Positions 1-5,679 of a stretch of DNA of 5,679 bases are shown here, one piece after another. Source of the DNA: Octopus sinensis (Eukaryota); NCBI RefSeq assembly GCF_006345805.1, contig NW_021829962.1, positions 1-5,679 of the forward strand, read 5' to 3'. The notes under the pieces were generated by a model that was given only the letters and a program-made list of their open reading frames with translations, was not told the DNA's origin and made no database searches. Numbering within the stretch: position 1 is the stretch's first letter; each line of letters opens with the position of its first letter. The position numbers and the translations under genes were made by a program.

Positions 1-77
1 CACTTGCCCAAGATGCCACGCAGTGGGACTGAACCAAGAACCATGTGTTTGGTAAGCAAGCTACTTACCACACAGCC
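1..77 (-). mobile_element. tRNA-derived SINE (family A), head fragment, continues off the left edge
   Basis: The reverse complement (ggctgtgtggtaagtagcttgcttaccaaacacatggttcttggttcagtcccactgcgtggcatcttgggcaagtg) aligns to the heads at 1330 and 1515. B-box-like ggttcagtccc is present; the first ~11 nt of the head are missing. Confidence 0.9.
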
Positions 78-194
78 TATACACATACACAAACATTCAC
101 ATATACATACACATGCACACACATACACAAGTATACATTCACTCACGCACACATTTGCACTTATACACACTAATATATGCACACACACACACAT
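78..194. repeat. degenerate (CA)/(TACA) low-complexity tract
   Basis: Directly visible; may be the decayed tail of the adjacent minus-strand element. Confidence 0.85.
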
Positions 195-536
195 GGTGGC
201 TGCCCCCTCGTTATCGAGTATGGCCATTGTACGAAGCTTAATCAATGTTGTTATCGTGCAACGCCTTTGCAAGGAGATTTTATTTAAGTAAGGAAAGGCT
301 GTGCACTGAGTTAATCCGATTCACTAAGCAACAGCAGCCATAATCCGGAAAAGAAGAACAAGACAACATCATCGGTAACCACTGAGCCGCAGGTTTTATG
401 CCGGAGTTATCCCAGTTACCTGAGTTACCTTCGCCTAGAAGGATGCCCTAACAAAGGCTAGGAGTCCTTCACTCCCAATGGTTTAACCGTGCGATCGGGT
501 ATTCAGTCCGATTATTTCTATGTCCCCGCGCATGAT
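195..536 (-). mobile_element. RTE-related non-autonomous retroposon, 3' part
   Basis: Minus strand contains ctcctagcctttgttagggcatccttctaggcgaaggtaact, resembling a recalled RTE-clade 5'-UTR motif. It ends in ccatactcgataacgagggggcagccacc, resembling RTE 3' termini, followed by a TG-rich tract. No ORF. Family call is by recall only. Confidence 0.55.
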
Positions 537-537
537 A

Positions 538-715
538 CATCATCATCATCGTTTAACGTCCGTTTTCCGCGCTAGCACAAATTGGACGGTTCGACCGGGG
601 ATCTGGGAAGCCAGGTCTGCACCAGGCTCCAGTCTGATCTGGCAGAGTTTCTACAGCTGGATGCCCTTCCTAACGCCAACCACTCCGCGAGTGTAGTGGG
701 TGCTTTTTACGTGCC
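538..715 (-). mobile_element. SINE family B, 3' fragment with (GAT)n tail
   Basis: Shares catcatcatcgtttaacgtccg...gctagca...ttggacg with 3152-3202. Minus-strand core ggttggcgttaggaagggcatccagctgtagaaa resembles a widely conserved metazoan SINE central domain (possibly Meta-type, from recall). No tRNA head, so 5'-truncated. Confidence 0.8.
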
Positions 716-922
716 TTAAGGCATTTATTGAATGGCCGTTGACTCTCAAGAGTTCCTCTGCCCTTAGACGGGTTTTGTTTTTCATCCCGCAGGGTGTCCA
801 ATAAACACCCTCCTCACCAAGCAAGCTTGGTGGGGTTGCCGGTTTAGTCACCGACAACCCAACCATGCAACAGGTTGTACTGGGTTACATGTTACCAGTA
901 GCCCTCGAAAGTGACCTGACAT
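716..922 (-). mobile_element. structured RTE-like 5' leader, probably the 5' part of the 195-536 element
   Basis: Consecutive hairpins at 768-790, 791-811, 815-832, 833-860 and 878-900. C.A mismatches on + become G.U pairs on -. Lies directly across the family B insertion from 195-536. Confidence 0.5.
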
Positions 923-924
923 AA

Positions 925-964
925 ACATACATACATACATACATACATACATACATACATACAT
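925..964. repeat. (ACAT)10 perfect microsatellite
   Basis: Ten perfect units. Confidence 0.97.
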
Positions 965-1180
965 GGTCTGATCAATAAATATCTGGACTGTTGCCATAGT
1001 AACACAGAGTGAAGCTGCTTCGCACAGATTGACCTTTGAACTTTATTGTGCATGTGCATCAAGTTTTAATATTCTAGCTTACTTCCGCTGTTTACAGCAG
1101 TGCATGGAATGAAGGTGTGTAGCGTGTGTTCATTGCATTGATATTGACAGAGAAAGTTAAGCAGAGAATCTCCTTCAAAT
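960..1180 (+). mobile_element. decayed mariner (Tc1/mariner) 5' end: left TIR, leader and first transposase codons
   Basis: tacatggtctgatcaataaatatctggact resembles mariner TIRs of the TAcgaggtctgatcaaaaagtatccggact type. 1144-1179 translates LTEKVKQRISFK, resembling the mariner transposase N-terminal EQRxxIKF motif. No ATG and no right TIR; truncated at 1180. Confidence 0.7.
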
Positions 1181-1238
1181 CTTTGATCATAGGTCTGTCT
1201 GGATCAGGACTGACCTGGGGCTAAACAACAACAACAAC
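1181..1238 (+). mobile_element. retroposon 3' end with (CAA)n tail (family C), copy 1
   Basis: ctttgatcataggtctgtctggatcaggactgacctggggctaaacaacaacaacaac is repeated with mismatches at 1968-2022. A ggtc...gacc stem-loop precedes the tail. Confidence 0.7.
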
Positions 1239-1329
1239 TATAGCCACTAATACTAACTACTATACTATACATTACATAATGTAGTCCTAGATACACTATG
1301 CCTGAATAAAAGATGGGATGGTCACAATA

Positions 1330-1514
1330 GGCGCAGGAGTGGCTGTGTGGTAAGTAGCTTGCCTACCAACCACATGGTTCCGGGTTCAGTCCCATTGTGT
1401 GGCATCTTGGGCAAGTGTCTTCTGCTATAGCCTCGGGCCAACCAAAGCCTTGTGAGTAGATTTGGAAGAAGGAAACTGAAAGAAGCCTGTCGTATATATG
1501 TATATATATATATA
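1330..1514 (+). mobile_element. SINE family A, 5' half only (tRNA head, body, TA tract)
   Basis: A-box-like tggctgtgtgg, B-box-like ggttcagtccc, then cttgggcaagtg (resembles the start of a CORE domain). About 93% identical to 1515-1677. Confidence 0.92.
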
Positions 1515-1674
1515 GGCGCAGGAGTGGCTGTGTGGTAAGTAGCTTGCCTACCAACCACATGGTTCCAAGTACAGTCCCACTGCGTGGCATCTTGGGCAAG
1601 TGTCTTCTGCTATAGCCTCGGGCCGACCAAAGCCTTGTCAGTGGATTTGGTAGACAGAAACTGAAAGAAGCCTG

Positions 1675-1722
<48 letters not shown>

Positions 1723-1958
1723 ATATGTTTGTGTGTCTGTGTTTGTCCCCCTATTATTGCTTGACAACCGGTGCTGGTGTGTTTATGTCCCCGTCACTTA
1801 GCGGTTCGGCAAAAGAGACCGATAGAATAAATACTGGGCTTACAAAGAATAAGTCCCGGGGTCGATTTGCTCGACTAAAGGCGGTGCTCCAGCATGGCCA
1901 CAGTCAAATGACTGAACCAATAAAGGAGTAAAAGAGTAATAAAAGAGAGTAAGAGTAA
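1515..1958 (+). mobile_element. SINE family A, full-length copy
   Basis: Head and body 1515-1676, internal (AT)17 plus GT tract from 1677 to ~1745, 3' body to ~1920, (AAAGAGT)-like tail 1921-1958. Colinear with the minus-strand copy at 5310-5679. B box is mutated (agtacagtccc). Confidence 0.95.
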
Positions 1959-2022
1959 CTGGAACGTCTTTGATCATAGATCTATCTTAATCAGGACTGA
2001 CCGAGGGTTAAACAACAACAAC
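1957..2022 (+). mobile_element. retroposon 3' end with (CAA)n tail (family C), copy 2
   Basis: 1968-2022 aligns with 1181-1238. May be contiguous with ~1265-1328 before the family A insertion. Confidence 0.65.
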
Positions 2023-2038
2023 TGTTCCAAACAATGAT

Positions 2039-2256
2039 TACCTGTACAGACCCCTACCCCCAGATAATACCAGGTAGGTTGCTAACCACCTGTCTAAGGT
2101 CACTACAAACATCAATATATTACAGGTAGGACAAGGTGCGCAGGTGAGGTGCAGAGAGGCTTTGGCAGGTGGGATGTCAACAGGTCCTAACGAGGTATTT
2201 TCAGTAATTAATTATTGTCACATAACGAGCAGTAAATTATGATTCGTTGATACCTG
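2039..2256. promoter_or_regulatory. candidate cis-regulatory module: homotypic CAGGT(A/G) cluster
   Basis: CAGGT on + at 2071, 2123, 2141, 2166, 2181; ACCTG at 2040, 2088, 2252; TAATTAATTA at 2205-2214. Function is inferred only. Confidence 0.4.
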
Positions 2257-2270
2257 CCGGGTTCTTGCTA

Positions 2271-2595
2271 CACACTCACACACACGCACGCACACACATA
2301 CATACACACACATACACACACATATACACACATACACATACACACACATACACACACACTCATACACACACACTCACACATACACACATAAACACATACA
2401 CAGACACACACACATACACACACACTCATACACACACACTCACACATACACGCACATAAACACATACACATGCACACAGACACACAGACATACACACACA
2501 CAAACACATACACACATACAAACACACAGACACACATACATACACACACACACACATACACACACATACACACATACACACACACAGACACACAT

Positions 2596-2626
<31 letters not shown>

Positions 2627-2682
2627 TACACACACATACACACACACTCATACACACACACTCACACATACACACATACACA

Positions 2683-2716
<34 letters not shown>
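2271..2716. repeat. compound (CA)n/(CATACA) microsatellite, ~445 bp
   Basis: Directly visible; explains the HT- and CV-rich ORFs. Confidence 0.97.
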
Positions 2717-2730
2717 TCTTTCTATGTATC

Positions 2731-2898
2731 CTTTTATTCTATTATTTGTTTCAGCCTTTTGACTGTGGCCATGCTGGAGCACCACTGTAAATGGCTTTTA
2801 GTACATATTCTATCAGTTTCTTTTGCCGAACTGCTAAGTTTACGGGGACGTAAACACACCAACATCGGTTGTGGGTCGACAAACACAGACACTCAAAT

Positions 2899-2931
<33 letters not shown>

Positions 2932-2935
2932 CGAC
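2731..2935 (-). mobile_element. SINE family A, 3' half with internal deletions
   Basis: gactgtggccatgctggagcacc...ttttgccgaactgctaagtttacggggacgtaaacacacc...acaaacacagacac, then a (CA)n(TA)n tract and cgac. Reverse complement of ~1675-1930. Confidence 0.9.
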
Positions 2936-3150
2936 CATGCTGGAGCAATGCCTTTAATTGAGCAACTCGACCCCGGGACTTATTCTTTGTAAGCCCAGTA
3001 CTTATTCTATCGGTGTCTTTTGATGAACCACTAAGTTACAGGGATGTAAACACACCAGCATCGGTTGTCAAGCGACGTTGGGTGGGGGGGACAAACCCAG
3101 ACACACAAACATATACATACATATATCTACACATTATATATGTATATATA
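2936..3150 (-). mobile_element. SINE family A, internal 3'-body fragment
   Basis: catgctggagc...tcgaccccgggacttattctttgtaagcccagtacttattctatcgg...tcggttgtcaagcg...acaaacccagacac followed by a TA tract. Confidence 0.9.
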
Positions 3151-3151
3151 T

Positions 3152-3209
3152 CATCATCATCATCGTTTAACGTCCGCTTTCCATGCTAGCATGGGTTGGA
3201 CGATTTTGA
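3152..3209 (-). mobile_element. SINE family B, extreme 3' end
   Basis: catcatcatcatcgtttaacgtccgctttccatgctagcatgggttggacg matches 538-588. Confidence 0.85.
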
Positions 3210-3449
3210 TTATGATGACAATGATGATGATGATGATGATGATGACGATGATGATGATCAGGATGATGATGTGGTGATGGTTATAATGATGATGATGATG
3301 ATGACGACAATGATAATGATGACAAGGATGATAATGATGATGACGACGATGACAATGATGATGATGATGGTAATCACCATGACGATGACATCAATGATAA
3401 CGATGACAAATGATGACAATGACGATGACAACGATGATGACGATGATGA

Positions 3450-3483
<34 letters not shown>

Positions 3484-4038
3484 GACAACGATGATGGCGA
3501 TGATGTGGTGATGGTTATGATGAAGATGAAGATGATGACAACGACAATGGCGACCATGACAATGATAATGATGATGACGATGACGATGACGATAATGATG
3601 ATGATATTGGTAACGATGATGATTATATGAACACGATGATGGCGATGATGTTGATGATGGTGTTCACCATGACGACGACGTCAATGATAACGATGACAAA
3701 TGATGACAATGACGATGACGACGATGATGACGATGATGATGATGATGACGATGACGATGATGACAATGATGATGATATTGAGGATGCCAATGATAACGAC
3801 GATGATTATATGAACACGATGATGTTGATGATCACCATGACGACGGCATCAATGATAACGATGACAAGTGATGACAATGACGATGATGACGACGACGATG
3901 ATGACGATGACGGCGACGACGATGACGACGACGATGGCAACCATGACAATGATAATGATGATGACGATGATGATGATGACAATAGCGATGACGACGAATA
4001 CCAAAATGACAACAAAAACCACGACGATGACGATGACA
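3208..4038. repeat. compound (GAT/GAC/AAT)n trinucleotide array with internal duplicated blocks, ~830 bp
   Basis: Directly visible. Triplet phase shifts several times, so ORFs alternate between poly-Asp and poly-Met. Confidence 0.95.
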
Positions 4039-4211
4039 AATATTTCTTCTCTTACATAACTAAAATGCATTCTATTTAAACTAAAGAGGTTATATAATAT
4101 TCCGCTTGTCAAAGAAAGGCATATTTTACGTCTTCTTTTGTGTAGGGAGCAGTCAGGTTTCCTGAAATGACAAAAGTTTTGTCACCGGTTTTTTTTCAGA
4201 AACGGTTTCCC

Positions 4212-4240
4212 TTTATTTTTTATTTTTTTTTTTTTTTTTT
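4212..4240. repeat. poly-T tract
   Basis: T18 at 4223-4240 preceded by tttatttttta. Confidence 0.9.
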
Positions 4241-4473
4241 GTAAAACAAGGAAGTTGGCAAAAATAAATAGGAATGGCTTAGTAGTATAGTTTTTTTTAA
4301 AAAAGAAATAAAGTGACAGTTTGACAGAACCCGCAACACGCAACACGGAGACATTTCTGTTGGGGGAAATTGTTCCAGTGAAAGGTCAGAACGCCAGACC
4401 TTTCAACCTGCAACCTCCACTACCATCCCGTTCCACCCCAATCCTAGAACCACAGTTATCCACCACTACCCCC

Positions 4474-4529
4474 ATACACACGCACACACACACACAACAC
4501 TCCCCCCATACATACACACATACATATAT
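4474..4529. repeat. short degenerate (CA)n tract
   Basis: Directly visible. Confidence 0.8.
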
Positions 4530-4660
4530 TAACTACAAACCTAAATAATTACTGACCCACCTACCGCCCTAACTTAGCTTATATTCACACACATATACAT
4601 TCATGATTAACTGTTAGAAGAAAGTTAGGGGTAATTAAAGATGGTGTAGCAATGGCAGTA

Positions 4661-4863
4661 GTGGTGGCGGTGGTGGTGGCGGTGGTGGTGGTGGTGGTGG
4701 TGATAGTTCTTGATCTTTCTCTTTCTTTCTCTCTCTCTTTGTGTCTCTTATTCTCTCTCTTAACAGATAGACAGACAGACTGACAGACAGAGAGATGGGT
4801 AGACAAATAGCTGAATGGAGGATGGATGGATATGCAACTGAACAGACAGACAAAACGACAGAC

Positions 4864-4927
<64 letters not shown>

Positions 4928-5195
4928 AAGATAGATAGATAAATAGATAGATAGATAGAATAGATAGATAGATAGATAGGTAGGTAGATACATAGATAGA
5001 TAGACAGATAGATAAGAGAAAGAAGCGACAGACTCACAGGCTTTCACACACACACACTCAGAAATACACACATACACAAACAAATACACATACACACACA
5101 AATACATACACACACACAAATGCATACACACACACACACAAATAAACACAGACACACACAAATGCACACACACGTGTGTATATATGTATATGTAA
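4661..5195. repeat. microsatellite mosaic: (GGT)n 4661-4702, CT-rich ~4715-4760, (AGAC)-rich ~4764-4863, (AT)n 4864-4913, (AGAT)n 4916-5013, (CA)-rich 5046-5173
   Basis: Directly visible; accounts for ORFs 4585-5037, 4635-4865 and 4760-5173. Confidence 0.95.
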
Positions 5196-5197
5196 TA

Positions 5198-5255
5198 GGT
5201 GCAGTCATGGCTCCGTGGTAAAAAGCTTGCTTCCCAACCACATGGTTGCGGGTTC
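5198..5255 (+). mobile_element. SINE family A-related tRNA head, truncated within the B box
   Basis: ggtgcagtcatggctccgtggtaaaaagcttgcttcccaaccacatggttgcgggttc aligns with 1330-1387 and is more diverged. Confidence 0.8.
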
Positions 5256-5309
5256 TAATTTTACCAAGTCATCCACGTTTGCAAGTGATGGCTGCCTCTT
5301 ACACAATAT

Positions 5310-5679
5310 TCTTTTACTCTTTTACTCGTTTCAGTCATGTGACTGTGGCCATGTTGGAGCACCACCTTTTAGTCGAGCAAATCGACCCCGGGACTTATTC
5401 TTTGTAAGTCTATTACTTATTCTATCAGTCTCTTTTGCCGAACCACTAAGTTATGGGGACTTAAACACACCAGCATCGGTTGTCAAGCGATGTTGGGGGA
5501 ACAAATGCAGACACATATATATATATATATACATATATACGACGGGCTTCTTTCAGTTTCCGCCTACCAAATCCACTCACAAGGCTTTGGTCAGCCTGAG
5601 GCTAAAGTAGAAGAGACTTGCCCAAGGTTCCACGCAGTGGGACAGAGCCTGGAACCATGTGGTTGATTAGCAAGCTACT
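5310..5679 (-). mobile_element. SINE family A, near full-length, head cut by the right edge
   Basis: Tail tcttttactcttttactc, 3' body, TA tract ~5514-5539, 5' body gacgggcttctttcagtttcc...cttgcccaagg, and partial tRNA head. Confidence 0.95.

Noticed and set aside
405-431. Three 9-bp direct repeats (agttatccc agttacctg agttacctt) as binding sites
   Set aside because: They are short, imperfect and inside a repeat element, so most likely local slippage.
651-866. 71-aa minus-strand ORF as a real CDS
   Set aside because: It crosses the junction of two different repeats at 715/716 and has no recognisable domain.
860-975. Hammerhead or complete HDV ribozyme
   Set aside because: There is no CUGANGA...GAAA in the right order. 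A possible P1 (gtcaggt/acctgtt) exists, but P3, P1.1 and the catalytic J4/2 strand could not be assigned by eye.
1330-1400. Functional tRNA gene
   Set aside because: It has A/B-box-like motifs but no convincing cloverleaf, and it continues into a SINE body in multiple copies.
1322-1599. Recurring peptide PKMPRSGT...WLVGKLLTTQP (also ORF 4-291) as a gene family
   Set aside because: It is the antisense translation of the SINE tRNA head; the recurrence reflects repeat copies.
2247-2790. His/Thr- and Cys/Val-rich ORFs
   Set aside because: These are translations of (CA)n/(TG)n, which lacks stop codons.
3374-3890. CRISPR-like repeat-spacer array
   Set aside because: Repeats and intervening sequence are all GAT-derived, spacing is irregular (290 and 168 bp), the context is eukaryotic, and no cas genes are present.
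3196-4079. Asp-rich ORFs (3196-3630, 3627-4079) as an acidic biomineralisation protein such as aspein
   Set aside because: The frame flips repeatedly between poly-Asp and poly-Met/Thr, there is no signal peptide, and the start lies inside a SINE tail. This is what a GAT microsatellite produces.
4321-4548. 75-aa ORF in partly unique sequence
   Set aside because: It has a TTG start, runs into a CA tract, and shows no domain or clear splice context.
4585-5241. Minus-strand ORFs with poly-Pro/Thr, YLSI and CV repeats
   Set aside because: These are translations of GGT, AGAT, AT and CA microsatellites.

Overview
Repeat-dominated eukaryotic non-coding DNA (intronic or intergenic). The repeat families look cephalopod/octopus-like, an inference from recalled repeat motifs rather than a database result. 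No credible protein-coding gene is present: almost all ORFs in the track are read-throughs of microsatellites or SINEs. Contents: (i) seven copies or fragments of one tRNA-headed SINE with an internal TA/CA microsatellite and (AAAGAGT)n-like tail, in both orientations; (ii) two fragments of a second SINE with a (GAT)n tail; (iii) an RTE-like non-autonomous element, apparently split by (ii), with a run of minus-strand hairpins; (iv) a decayed 5' end of a mariner transposon; (v) two copies of a (CAA)n-tailed retroposon 3' end; (vi) long compound microsatellites, including an ~830 bp GAT/GAC array. Two non-repetitive islands remain: 2023-2270, with eight CAGGT sites, and 4040-4440, with perfect inverted repeats and TGACA motifs. 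I cannot demonstrate a new biological system. The CAGGT cluster and the structured RTE-like leader are the best leads.
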